From positions 96,001 to 160,000 of the IMG/VR virus record IMGVR_UViG_3300043392_000054: 64,000 nucleotides of DNA; one strand, given 5' to 3'. Positions 53,908 through 62,975 of this stretch are shown piece by piece. The notes beneath the pieces were generated by a model. It was not told where the DNA came from. It saw nothing but the letters and a program-made list of their open reading frames with translations, and searched no databases. A program made the translations under genes and the position numbers. The number at the start of each line of letters is the position of its first letter. Within the stretch, counting starts at the first letter, position 1. Source of the stretch: a virus.

Positions 53908-54996
53908 ATGAAAAGTAATGAGTTCTTAAAGGCATACTTAAATGCCTATTCACCGGTTGCGCAAGAGGCCGAAGGTCAACAAATATGGGTTGACTATGTA
54001 AAACAATTCACCAATGAAGTTAAGGTAGATGCTTATGGTACTGCGGTTGCTAGAGTTCAAGGTTTTCAACCTATTTTACAACATAGAATGGGAGTGCCAT
54101 ACAAAGTTGTAATTGAAGCACACTGTGATGAGATTGCCTGGATTGTAACTCAAATTGAAAAAGAAGGCTTTATTAGAGTTGCAAGACACGGTGGTTCTGA
54201 TAATATGATTGCTGCTTCTAAAACAGTTTTAATTCACACTCATACAGGACAAAAAGTACCAGGTGTTTTCGGACACCCGGCAATTCATACTAGAAAAACG
54301 GTTACAGAAATGGGACCAGAATATCATGAATTATGGATTGACTTAGGCGTCGAGTCTGATGAAAAGGTAAAAGAACTTGGAGTTGAGGTTGGTAACGTAG
54401 TTACGTTTGATGACCAATTCAGTGAGCTTGGAGACTACTATGTTGGTCGCTCATTAGATAATAAGATTGGTGGTTTTATCATCGCAGAGGCCTTGAGAAG
54501 AATCACAGAGCTAAAAGAAAAGCTACCTTATGACCTATATGTAGTTAACTCGGTACAGGAAGAGGTTGGTTTATATGGTGCAAAGATGATTGCTAAGAGT
54601 TTAAAGGCTGATTTGGCTTTAGTGCATGATGTTTGTCATAATACAAATACACCAAAGATGAATAAGGCAAAGGATTCTGATGTGAAAGGCGGTAAGGGAC
54701 CAACATTAGAATTTACAGCCCAAAATCATAGAATGATTATCTCTAAGTTAAGAGAAGTGGCCGAAAAGACTGAAATCGACCTACAACTACAAGTTGGTAG
54801 TTATGGTAATGACACAATGGCATTCTTTTTAGAGAACACACCAACTGCAATCGTTGCAACTCCATTAAAGTATATGCATTCAACTTGTGAAATGGCTCAT
54901 AAAGAGGATGTAGAAAATTGTATTAAATTATTTGTGAATTTCTTACTCAATATTAAGCCCGAGTGGATAGATACTGTAAAAGGTGAAACATTCTAA
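53908..54996 (+). CDS. M42/M20-family metallo-aminopeptidase
   Basis: EAHCDE, SLDNKIG, QEEVGLYGA, VHDV, GNDT and HSTCE motifs. Confidence 0.9.
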   Translation: MKSNEFLKAYLNAYSPVAQEAEGQQIWVDYVKQFTNEVKVDAYGTAVARVQGFQPILQHRMGVPYKVVIEAHCDEIAWIVTQIEKEGFIRVARHGGSDNMIAASKTVLIHTHTGQKVPGVFGHPAIHTRKTVTEMGPEYHELWIDLGVESDEKVKELGVEVGNVVTFDDQFSELGDYYVGRSLDNKIGGFIIAEALRRITELKEKLPYDLYVVNSVQEEVGLYGAKMIAKSLKADLALVHDVCHNTNTPKMNKAKDSDVKGGKGPTLEFTAQNHRMIISKLREVAEKTEIDLQLQVGSYGNDTMAFFLENTPTAIVATPLKYMHSTCEMAHKEDVENCIKLFVNFLLNIKPEWIDTVKGETF

Positions 54997-55698
54997 GTGA
55001 AATTTCTTATTGCATTTCTATTACTATCATTTAGCATATTCGGGCAGGACACTACTAAACACAAGGCCTCAATTATGCTAAATGGTAGTTTTTCTGATAT
55101 AAATGGGCAATCTCAAATTGCAGCCAATATTAGTAATTCATATTCTATTACTAGAAAACACATAGAAAATTTAGTTCTTGTTAAATATTTATATGCGAAT
55201 GAAAATGGACAAATAATTATTAATGACTTTATTGTTAGAATTCAACCTAGATATTTAAGAAAAGACTGGAGTGCTTTTGCATATCATCAATTTTCAAGTG
55301 TTTTATCTAGAAAGATTAATAATAGAAATGAAATTGCATTAGGAGCTGGGCGTTATTTAATTAAGAAAAAAGATTTCTATTCTACACTATCATACGCTAC
55401 CATTTATGTTAATACTAGATATATTACAGATTTAAATATTACAAGTGTTAGACACTCAACTAGAATTCAAGTAGGTGGTAATATTAAAAGAGTGACATAT
55501 ACAATGGAAGCATTTTATCAACCCTCATTTCAAGACCTAAGTAATATTAACTATACATACGACATAAAGGTATCTGTACCAATTGTAAAAAAACTTGCAT
55601 TTAATATAAATTCATACGGTAATTATGAGTCTTTTAATTTAAAGGGAGTTAGTAGTTCTAATGATATTTTAAGCCTAGGCGTCATTTATAATTACTGA
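54997..55698 (+). CDS. outer-membrane beta-barrel protein (DUF481-like)
   Basis: Signal peptide (GTG start), alternating amphipathic strands, GAGRY, EAFYQP, aromatic C-terminus (GVIYNY). Confidence 0.6.
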   Translation: MKFLIAFLLLSFSIFGQDTTKHKASIMLNGSFSDINGQSQIAANISNSYSITRKHIENLVLVKYLYANENGQIIINDFIVRIQPRYLRKDWSAFAYHQFSSVLSRKINNRNEIALGAGRYLIKKKDFYSTLSYATIYVNTRYITDLNITSVRHSTRIQVGGNIKRVTYTMEAFYQPSFQDLSNINYTYDIKVSVPIVKKLAFNINSYGNYESFNLKGVSSSNDILSLGVIYNY

Positions 55699-55741
55699 TA
55701 TATAATGAAACAATCAATTTAATTATTATATAAATTAAGCA

Positions 55742-56068
55742 ATGGCAAAATGCGTTCATCATATTTGGAATACAACAGATACTGAGCCCTGTTGGCAATG
55801 CGAAGAATTAAAATATAGTGATAGATTAAAAACAATTACTAATATGGCAAAGGAAACTTGTGTAATGTGCGGAGTTGAAACTAAATATGACATTAATGAC
55901 CATGTCGATTTTAGACATGGTTACGTTGAAGGTTTAGGTCAAACTTGTCCTAAATGTTCAGGTCTTCATAATATCAATGAAGTAATGATTGAAATTCCAG
56001 GGGAAATGATTAGAAATACACCTAATAATTATGAATTAGGTGAAAAGGTTAGAAGACTATTAGATTAA
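55742..56068 (+). CDS. Zn-finger hypothetical protein
   Basis: CWQC, CVMC and CPKC motifs. Confidence 0.6.
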   Translation: MAKCVHHIWNTTDTEPCWQCEELKYSDRLKTITNMAKETCVMCGVETKYDINDHVDFRHGYVEGLGQTCPKCSGLHNINEVMIEIPGEMIRNTPNNYELGEKVRRLLD

Positions 56069-56071
56069 ATT

Positions 56072-57331
56072 ATGCTAAATATTAATTTTATTAAACAAAA
56101 TGCAGATTTTGTTAAGGAAAGACTTTTATTCAAAGGATTTAAAGATATTAATCTTGTAGATGACCTAATAGACGCATCTAAAGATAAGCATGCATTACAG
56201 CAAAAAAGTGAATTGATTCAATATGAAATCAATCAAGTTTCAACACAAATCGGTGTTTTATTTAAAAACGGAGAGGATGTTACTAAATTAAAGGCATCTA
56301 TTTCACCACTTAAACAAGATTTAGTAGTTTTAGTAGAAGATATACGTCAACTTGAAGATAAAATACAAAATATTTTATATCAATTACCAAATCTACCTAA
56401 TGAAGAGGTTCCTTATGGTGAAAGTGCTGAACAAAATGAAGTAGTGTACCAAGAAGTAGTTAATACAGAAAAAGCTCCTTTAGCACAATATGATTTAATT
56501 GAAAAATATAATTTAGTTAATTTTGAATTAGGTTCTAAAATTACAGGTCGTGGATTTCCAGTTTTTATTGGAGATGGTGCAAAATTACAAAGAGCATTAA
56601 CCCAATACTTTTTAGATTTTAATACTAATGCAGGTTATTTAGAATACATTCCGCCATTTATGGTAAATGAAGACTCAGCTTTAGCAACTGGTCAATTACC
56701 TGATAAAGATGGACAGATGTACTATATGGAAAAAGATGAACTTTATCTAATTCCAACTGCTGAGGTACCTGTAACAAATGTTTATCGAGATACTATTATT
56801 AAAGAGTCAGATTTACCAATTAAAATGACAGCACATTCTCCTTGTTTTAGAAGAGAAGCTGGTAGTTTTGGTAAAGAAGTTAGAGGATTGAATAGAGTAC
56901 ATCAATTTGAAAAGGTTGAAATCATTCAGATTGCGCATCCTGAAAAGAGTGAAACTGCATTAAATGAAATGGTTGAGCATGTTAAAAATTTGTTAGAATC
57001 TCTAGAATTACCATATAGAATTTTAAAATTGTGTAGCCATGATATGAGTTTTACCTCAGCTATTACTTATGATTTTGAAGTTTGGAGCCCAGGTCAACAA
57101 ATGTGGTTAGAAGTAAGTTCAGTTTCTAATTTCAATACATATCAAACGCATAGAATGAAATGTAGATTTAAAGACCAGAATGGTAAAATGCAAAATCCGC
57201 ATTCTTTAAATGGTAGTGCATTAGCTTTACCAAGAATTTATGCAGCTTTAATTGAAACATTCCAAACAGAAAGGGGTATAAAGATACCAGAGGTGTTAAA
57301 GCCTTATTTTGGAAAAGATTATATAGAGTAA
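56072..57331 (+). CDS. serS: seryl-tRNA synthetase
   Basis: N-terminal coiled coil, LPNLP, GQLP, LIPTAEVP, CFRREAG, RVHQFEKVE, EVSSVSN and LNGSALA motifs. Confidence 0.97.
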   Translation: MLNINFIKQNADFVKERLLFKGFKDINLVDDLIDASKDKHALQQKSELIQYEINQVSTQIGVLFKNGEDVTKLKASISPLKQDLVVLVEDIRQLEDKIQNILYQLPNLPNEEVPYGESAEQNEVVYQEVVNTEKAPLAQYDLIEKYNLVNFELGSKITGRGFPVFIGDGAKLQRALTQYFLDFNTNAGYLEYIPPFMVNEDSALATGQLPDKDGQMYYMEKDELYLIPTAEVPVTNVYRDTIIKESDLPIKMTAHSPCFRREAGSFGKEVRGLNRVHQFEKVEIIQIAHPEKSETALNEMVEHVKNLLESLELPYRILKLCSHDMSFTSAITYDFEVWSPGQQMWLEVSSVSNFNTYQTHRMKCRFKDQNGKMQNPHSLNGSALALPRIYAALIETFQTERGIKIPEVLKPYFGKDYIE

Positions 57332-57334
57332 CAT

Positions 57335-57493
57335 TGTAGTGTGGCGAAATGCGTACGCTCGGCAGACGCACCCTCCTGTCTCGGGGGTGAGGAGTTCAAA
57401 ATAAAGTAAGGATATCGGGGTAGACCACCAGCTTGCAAGCGCTATTGTCCTTTACCTAATTGCCTCGTGGTGGTTCGACTCCACCCACTACAG
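57335..57493 (+). ncRNA. giant tRNA-like RNA (GTC anticodon, ~80-nt variable arm, G73) directly after serS
   Basis: TGTAGTG/CACTACA-G; Leu-type D-arm with GCGT/ACGC insert; CCCTC-CT GTC TC-GGGGG; GGTGG-TTCGACT-CCACC. Confidence 0.75.
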
Positions 57494-57514
57494 CTATAAA
57501 AAAACTAAGTAGAA

Positions 57515-58033
57515 ATGAATTTTATTATTAGAATTGGTAAACCAGGTCTTGATTTAATTAAAGAATTTGAATCCCTACAGTTAAAACCATATCTATGCCC
57601 AGCCGGTGTTCCTACTATTGGATACGGAAGCACTTATTACGAGGATGGAAAAACAGTAACTTTGAAAGATAAAGAAATTACTGCTAAAAGAGCTGAAGAA
57701 TTATTAATGAATACTTTAGCAATGTATGAAAAAACAGTTGCAACATTTGTACAAACTACTATTAATGGCCACCAATTTGATGCTTTAGTATCTTTTTGTT
57801 TTAATGTCGGTGTTTCTGCTTTCAAAAATAGTACATTACTTAAAAAGGTTAACTCTATACCAAATGACCCGTCTATTGAATTTGAATTCTTAAAGTGGTG
57901 TAAAGCCGATGGTGCCAATAATGGTATAGACGATGATAATGACGGACAGATTGATGAAAAGGGAGAAAAGAGAATTCTTAAAGGTCTACTAAAAAGAAGA
58001 CAAGCTGAGGCTAAATTATATTTCTCTAAATAA
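57515..58033 (+). CDS. GH24 lysozyme / endolysin
   Basis: IKEFESL..Y.CPAGVPTIGYG, QFDALVSFCFNVG and GLLKRRQAE motifs. Confidence 0.92.
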   Translation: MNFIIRIGKPGLDLIKEFESLQLKPYLCPAGVPTIGYGSTYYEDGKTVTLKDKEITAKRAEELLMNTLAMYEKTVATFVQTTINGHQFDALVSFCFNVGVSAFKNSTLLKKVNSIPNDPSIEFEFLKWCKADGANNGIDDDNDGQIDEKGEKRILKGLLKRRQAEAKLYFSK

Positions 58034-58616
58034 TATCATCGCTTTCTAATAAAGTATACGTGAAAGAGTTTCCATGGATTTTGGAAGCTCTTTTGCATAT
58101 AGCCATAAATTCAGCAAAATCCTTTGCTTTTTTAAAAACTTGACAACCTTCACTCCAGTTTTCAACCCATGTTGATTCTGTTTTAGAATTAGATTTATGA
58201 ATGTTGATACCAAATAAACCTGTTTGTGGTTTAACTTCATCGAATTTAGTATCCTTATTAGCATCTCTAAAAACGGTTAGAGGCTTAGATTGACAAAGAG
58301 CTTCATATTTGCCTTTGTGCATTCCTATATAATAAGCACTTCTATATTGTCCAGGTACTAAAATAGCTACACCAATTGGATTAGTTACTGTTTGCATAGC
58401 TTTTGTACCTGGGTCTGTTGTAATTGGCCATTCAAAATACTTCCACTCACCGCCCTCTTTAAAGCTAATAGTAATTATATCATCGAATAGGTTAGTAACC
58501 TTATCATTAGTCTTTTTATTTCTAATACCAACTATGTTAACGTCAAGGTCTCCATTTGTGAACCATTTATAACCCTTCTTAAGCATTGCGGCTTCAATTT
58601 GTTCTTTCGAATACAT
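58026..58616 (-). CDS. L,D-transpeptidase-like (YkuD-type H..C motif) peptidoglycan enzyme candidate
   Basis: NIVGIR, TTDPG, GINIHK..WSEGCQV; start placed at MYSKEQ; only minus-strand gene. Confidence 0.55.
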   Translation of the reverse strand: MYSKEQIEAAMLKKGYKWFTNGDLDVNIVGIRNKKTNDKVTNLFDDIITISFKEGGEWKYFEWPITTDPGTKAMQTVTNPIGVAILVPGQYRSAYYIGMHKGKYEALCQSKPLTVFRDANKDTKFDEVKPQTGLFGINIHKSNSKTESTWVENWSEGCQVFKKAKDFAEFMAICKRASKIHGNSFTYTLLESDDII

Positions 58617-58664
58617 GTTGTAAACTTTTTTCTTTTTGTATATATAATACTTAAACACATAGCT

Positions 58665-59270
58665 ATGAAATTAACATTTGGTGATTCATTTCTTGATAGT
58701 ATTGATAGAGTAATATTCGAACAGTCTAAACTATATAAAATCTATTCTATTTTTAGAAGAGACTTATGGCATTTCTTTAAAAATATTTATAGATTCAGAA
58801 AGATGTTATGGGCACATCGTTGGTGGGATTATAACTTTACGCTTCATGCAATGCAAACCTCTTTACAGATTATGGAAAAAGGTATGCATAAAGGTTCAGA
58901 AATTAGAGAAAATCGTGATAAAAAAATAGCTAAGATGCAAAGAGCTATTCAAATCATTGAAAATATTAGAAATCAAGATTATATTGAAATCGTAGAATCT
59001 GTTGTTGGACCAATTAAGTTTGAAGATTTTGCATTTGAACCAGTTTTAGATGAAGCTGGTCGACCAACTAATCAATATACACTAAAGGATACTTTATCGG
59101 ATGAAGCAAAGGCTCATCGTGATTTTGTCTATAAAACAGTCGATTTATTAGAAGAGGCAGAATGGAATGAATTATGGAGTATTTTTAAAGGCCAAAATTG
59201 GAATGAATTTAGTGGTAATGACTGGGATACTAAATTTGATGGTACAGGTTTACGTTCTTGGTGGGATTAA
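58665..59270 (+). CDS. hypothetical protein
   Basis: Start at MKLTF; RWWDY and RSWWD motifs. Confidence 0.65.
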   Translation: MKLTFGDSFLDSIDRVIFEQSKLYKIYSIFRRDLWHFFKNIYRFRKMLWAHRWWDYNFTLHAMQTSLQIMEKGMHKGSEIRENRDKKIAKMQRAIQIIENIRNQDYIEIVESVVGPIKFEDFAFEPVLDEAGRPTNQYTLKDTLSDEAKAHRDFVYKTVDLLEEAEWNELWSIFKGQNWNEFSGNDWDTKFDGTGLRSWWD

Positions 59271-59291
59271 AATAAAAAAAATTAAAATAAA

Positions 59292-59858
59292 ATGAAGCAT
59301 ATTAAAGATTATTTGACATGGTTGTTTGAGTCTCAACAAGAAGATGTCAATGAAAAGAAGGCAACTTACGAGTATGGTTGCGCAATGTTATACTTTGATT
59401 TTCCAGAAATGGCAGAATTACATGATAAAATTGACCCTGAACACGTGTTCAAGGATCCAAATGACCCGACCTTTGGTCTAGAAGATGAACCGCATTGTAC
59501 TTTATTATATGGTCTACATAAAGAGGTCTCAGATGAAATGGTTGAAAATATTATGAAGAATTATGCATTTGGAAATTGTACAATTAAAAATGCTTCTCTA
59601 TTTGAGAATGAGAAGTTCGATGTGCTTAAATTCGATGTAGAAGGTGATAATTTACATGATTGTAATAAAGAACTTTGTAAGCTACCACATACTACAGATT
59701 ATCCAAACTATCATCCACACATGACAGTTGCTTATTTAAAACCTGGAATGGGAAAAGAATATGCTGACATGTTTAAGGATAGAATGCATGAATTAAAGCC
59801 TAAACATGTTGTTTATTCAAAACCTGATGGAAGTAAAACTATAATTGAATTAAAATGA
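59292..59858 (+). CDS. 2H phosphoesterase (Acb1/T4 gp57B-like or 2'-5' RNA ligase-like)
   Basis: Two HxT motifs: EPHCTLLY and HPHMTVAY. Confidence 0.75.
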   Translation: MKHIKDYLTWLFESQQEDVNEKKATYEYGCAMLYFDFPEMAELHDKIDPEHVFKDPNDPTFGLEDEPHCTLLYGLHKEVSDEMVENIMKNYAFGNCTIKNASLFENEKFDVLKFDVEGDNLHDCNKELCKLPHTTDYPNYHPHMTVAYLKPGMGKEYADMFKDRMHELKPKHVVYSKPDGSKTIIELK

Positions 59859-60061
59859 AAAAGCTAATAGTTACAGATGAATTTAGAACTAATCCATTAG
59901 CATTAACCCCAGGTGGTTCAGTTGTTGAAATAGTATATAAGGATGGGCGGAATATGGTTTATGATAAAATTAAATTTCCAGCTGCTTATATAGCAAAATT
60001 AGATTTAACTGAGATTAAACAGCTTTTTTTAAATAATAGAGAAATAAAAATTGTAAATTAA
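59855..60061 (+). CDS. hypothetical protein
   Basis: 68-aa ORF. Confidence 0.6.
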   Translation: MKKLIVTDEFRTNPLALTPGGSVVEIVYKDGRNMVYDKIKFPAAYIAKLDLTEIKQLFLNNREIKIVN

Positions 60062-60090
60062 TTAAAATTTTTTTAAAATAAAAGCCCAAA

Positions 60091-60124
60091 TATTTTTTTA
60101 TTTGGGCTTTTTTTATTATATTTA
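60091..60124 (+). promoter_or_regulatory. Bacteroidota sigma70-type promoter
   Basis: TTTG...TATATTTA at 60117-24. Confidence 0.65.
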
Positions 60125-60145
60125 CATATCTTAAATAATAACACA

Positions 60146-60388
60146 ATGAAAAAAATATTATTAATTGCAACCGCACTGGGAATGATGTCCTGCGAAGTAA
60201 AACCAACAAAATCTACGGCGACTGAAGTATCGACTGACGGTAAAGTCAGTTATGATTTCGGTGATGGATACTTTAACGTATATGTTGTAAATATAGATGG
60301 ATGTCAATATTTATTTAGAGCGCATGCTCGGAATGCATTATTAACTCATAAAGGTAACTGTACTAACTCTATTCATTCAGTACGATGA
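60146..60388 (+). CDS. putative lipoprotein
   Basis: MMSC lipobox; IDGCQY..HKGNCTN. Confidence 0.65.
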   Translation: MKKILLIATALGMMSCEVKPTKSTATEVSTDGKVSYDFGDGYFNVYVVNIDGCQYLFRAHARNALLTHKGNCTNSIHSVR

Positions 60389-60581
60389 AAAAGCTACTCC
60401 TTATCCCGCTCATTTGCTTCTCTTGTGAAGTCAAGGAACCACCAAAGCCAGTTAATGTGGCTAAGGTTACACAAATTTACTCGATTAATCATCAACCGCA
60501 CACAGGTGTATTTAATCAATATGTGCCAAACTTAGTATATTCTGGGAAATAAACTTTACCGTTTAATTTAATATAATAGAC

Positions 60582-61028
60582 ATGATACTAGAGAAACAAC
60601 TTATTCAAAATACTAAACCTAACTTGAATTCAAGAGTTTATCCATTAGAAACCCTCGAACATATTAAGTTACAGATTGAAAAATACAATACTGAAGTTGG
60701 GCTTGATTTAGGAACCTTAGGTTCTACTACTTCTCCCGTAGTTTTAATCAAAGATATTGCATTTAGATACTATAACCCTCAAATTGAAAACGAAGCACTT
60801 TACGTTGACATTGAAGTTTTAGAGACTAAAGCTGGTATTAAACTTAAAAAACTTTTAGAAAAAGATGTAGTAGTATTTAGACCTGCTGGTTATATTGAAC
60901 TTAAAGAAGACCACGATGCTCTTGATACTGCAAGGACTTTATTAAATTTAAATTATATCGTTGGATTGGATTATAAATTGACTACAATTAATGCTATTCC
61001 AAAAGAAGACGATTCATTAAACTTTTAA
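60582..61028 (+). CDS. T4 gp21-like prohead protease fold, catalytic residues apparently lost
   Basis: NLNSRVYP, LGTLG (vs LGELDHP), EVLETKAG (vs ILNTPxG), FRPAG (vs SSRG). Confidence 0.5.
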   Translation: MILEKQLIQNTKPNLNSRVYPLETLEHIKLQIEKYNTEVGLDLGTLGSTTSPVVLIKDIAFRYYNPQIENEALYVDIEVLETKAGIKLKKLLEKDVVVFRPAGYIELKEDHDALDTARTLLNLNYIVGLDYKLTTINAIPKEDDSLNF

Positions 61029-61032
61029 AATT

Positions 61033-61527
61033 ATGTGTTATAGCGAAATAGAAGGTAATTTATCAGAATTAGCACAAAGAGGCCATTTTGATGTAATTGT
61101 TAATTACTGTAACTGTTTTAATTTAAATCAAAATAATAAATCGTTTGTTGAAATTAATAAATGGGCAGATTGTTCTCAGTTTCCATTAGAGCATCCTGAA
61201 ACAAATGGTCAAATCAACAAACTAGGAATGATTGATTATGAAGTGTCAACATATGCTAATGCTGAACAAATTACATTGATTCCTTTTGCAGATTTTGACC
61301 TAGCAGTTGTTAATGCATATACTCAATATTTACCAGATTCTGCGGAAAAAACCTATTTTGATAAAGAAGCATTTACAATTTGTTTACGAAAAATCAATAA
61401 TGTTTTTCAAGGTAAAAGGGTAGCATTATTAAAGGTAGAAGATACTGATATGGGTTTATATTGGAATCAATATAAAGAAATTGTAAAAAGAGAATTAGCA
61501 GATTGTTGTGTCACTGTAATAAAATAA
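61033..61527 (+). CDS. macro domain protein (divergent)
   Basis: IEGNL, FDVIVNYCNCF, KLGMID and VVNAYTQY motifs. Confidence 0.65.
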   Translation: MCYSEIEGNLSELAQRGHFDVIVNYCNCFNLNQNNKSFVEINKWADCSQFPLEHPETNGQINKLGMIDYEVSTYANAEQITLIPFADFDLAVVNAYTQYLPDSAEKTYFDKEAFTICLRKINNVFQGKRVALLKVEDTDMGLYWNQYKEIVKRELADCCVTVIK

Positions 61528-61531
61528 AGTT

Positions 61532-61828
61532 ATGATATATCACCCGGAATTAGGAAAAATTAAAGTCTTATTAGAATATAATAGCGAAAAGAATTTTAAA
61601 TTAGTTAAAGCTTTTCTTAGAGTTGATTATGATTGGTATGGTACTCGTAGATTTGTTTGGTCAAATAAGAGTCGATATTACACTTTATGGGGTAACACTG
61701 ATAACTTAGAGGATATGGGTATCACTGAATTATTGACTCCTACTGGTCGAAGACCTTCCTTTAAATCTTGTGTTAATAAATTTTATACAATGGTCAAAAA
61801 TTCAGACCAAGTTAATTTTATAAAGTAA
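61532..61828 (+). CDS. hypothetical protein
   Basis: 98-aa ORF. Confidence 0.55.
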   Translation: MIYHPELGKIKVLLEYNSEKNFKLVKAFLRVDYDWYGTRRFVWSNKSRYYTLWGNTDNLEDMGITELLTPTGRRPSFKSCVNKFYTMVKNSDQVNFIK

Positions 61829-62415
61829 TGAATATACTTCAAACTTTTAAAGAGATAAAAAAGAGTCCATTTAAATTACCAACATGGACTCAGTATATTG
61901 GTAAATCACAATACGGTACACCTTATTTCTGGCCTATAAATTTCTGCTCTACTATTATTTCTATTAGACGATTAAAATTAAGGTCAGAAGAAGATTATCA
62001 AAAACGTATAGAGCAAAGAAAGCCTTATATTGTAAGTGAAGGATACAAAAAAGAAATTAGGTACCTTAATTTACCAATGGCTAGAAGAACAAAGAATTGG
62101 ATTATTAATGTATTTGGTCAAGAATTCTATATAGAACTCGGTTCTCCAATTGCTATCGATTCAACTCAATTGGGTTGGAAGCATAAATACGATACACCAA
62201 GATTTGAATGGGCTCCAAGTTTTAAAATCTTCTTTTTTAAATGGCAGTACTGTATTTGGTTAAATTCTCCAGGAGATGCTAGAGACGAATATTGGGAAAT
62301 GCTTTTATGGTATTTGTATTATGCTGATAAAGACATTAAAAAGGCAGAACAAACTTGGCCTTGGGTAAATTCTAAAATAAAAGAGAGTACGTGGAATAAA
62401 AGCTTATTAAAATAA
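61828..62415 (+). CDS. hypothetical protein
   Basis: 195-aa W-rich ORF. Confidence 0.65.
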   Translation: MNILQTFKEIKKSPFKLPTWTQYIGKSQYGTPYFWPINFCSTIISIRRLKLRSEEDYQKRIEQRKPYIVSEGYKKEIRYLNLPMARRTKNWIINVFGQEFYIELGSPIAIDSTQLGWKHKYDTPRFEWAPSFKIFFFKWQYCIWLNSPGDARDEYWEMLLWYLYYADKDIKKAEQTWPWVNSKIKESTWNKSLLK

Positions 62416-62419
62416 AGAA

Positions 62420-62614
62420 ATGATTAGATTTGAATTAACTGAAACACAAGAGGCCAAACTTGACGATTGGAAAGAGGCTATTAAAAAAGTTTATGGTAAT
62501 TATGGGACCTATGAATATAGATTTAGCCATGCTAGTGGAATCGGCTTAGAAGTTAGGGTTTATTCTAGTCTTGCTAGAACTGAATTAGACCTTACTGAAG
62601 TTGAAAATTGGTAA
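62420..62614 (+). CDS. hypothetical protein
   Basis: 64-aa ORF. Confidence 0.6.
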   Translation: MIRFELTETQEAKLDDWKEAIKKVYGNYGTYEYRFSHASGIGLEVRVYSSLARTELDLTEVENW

Positions 62615-62630
62615 TTAAAAGAAAATAATA

Positions 62631-62972
62631 ATGGATAAATTAGAAGCATATAAACGATTATTAGCAGATTCATTTCAATTAGATATGAATGCAGGAGATT
62701 TCTTTTATTATGCATGTGCTCAAATGTTACCAGTAGTTGCCGAAGATGTTGATTGGGTTGCGGAACACATTCAAGAATTTGAAGATGAAGGCCTATATTC
62801 AGCAATGGCATATATTCAAAATCAAGAACCAATTCTACCATACTTGACTCAGGATTTTGATAAAGCAATAAAAGTATTAATGGATAGAAAACAAGAAGTG
62901 TTTGGTGATATTGATTGGGATTTTCATGGATATAAAGATGCAGGTCCTTATAGAACTATAAACAAAGATTAG
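62631..62972 (+). CDS. hypothetical protein
   Basis: 113-aa ORF. Confidence 0.6.
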   Translation: MDKLEAYKRLLADSFQLDMNAGDFFYYACAQMLPVVAEDVDWVAEHIQEFEDEGLYSAMAYIQNQEPILPYLTQDFDKAIKVLMDRKQEVFGDIDWDFHGYKDAGPYRTINKD

Positions 62973-62975
62973 ATT

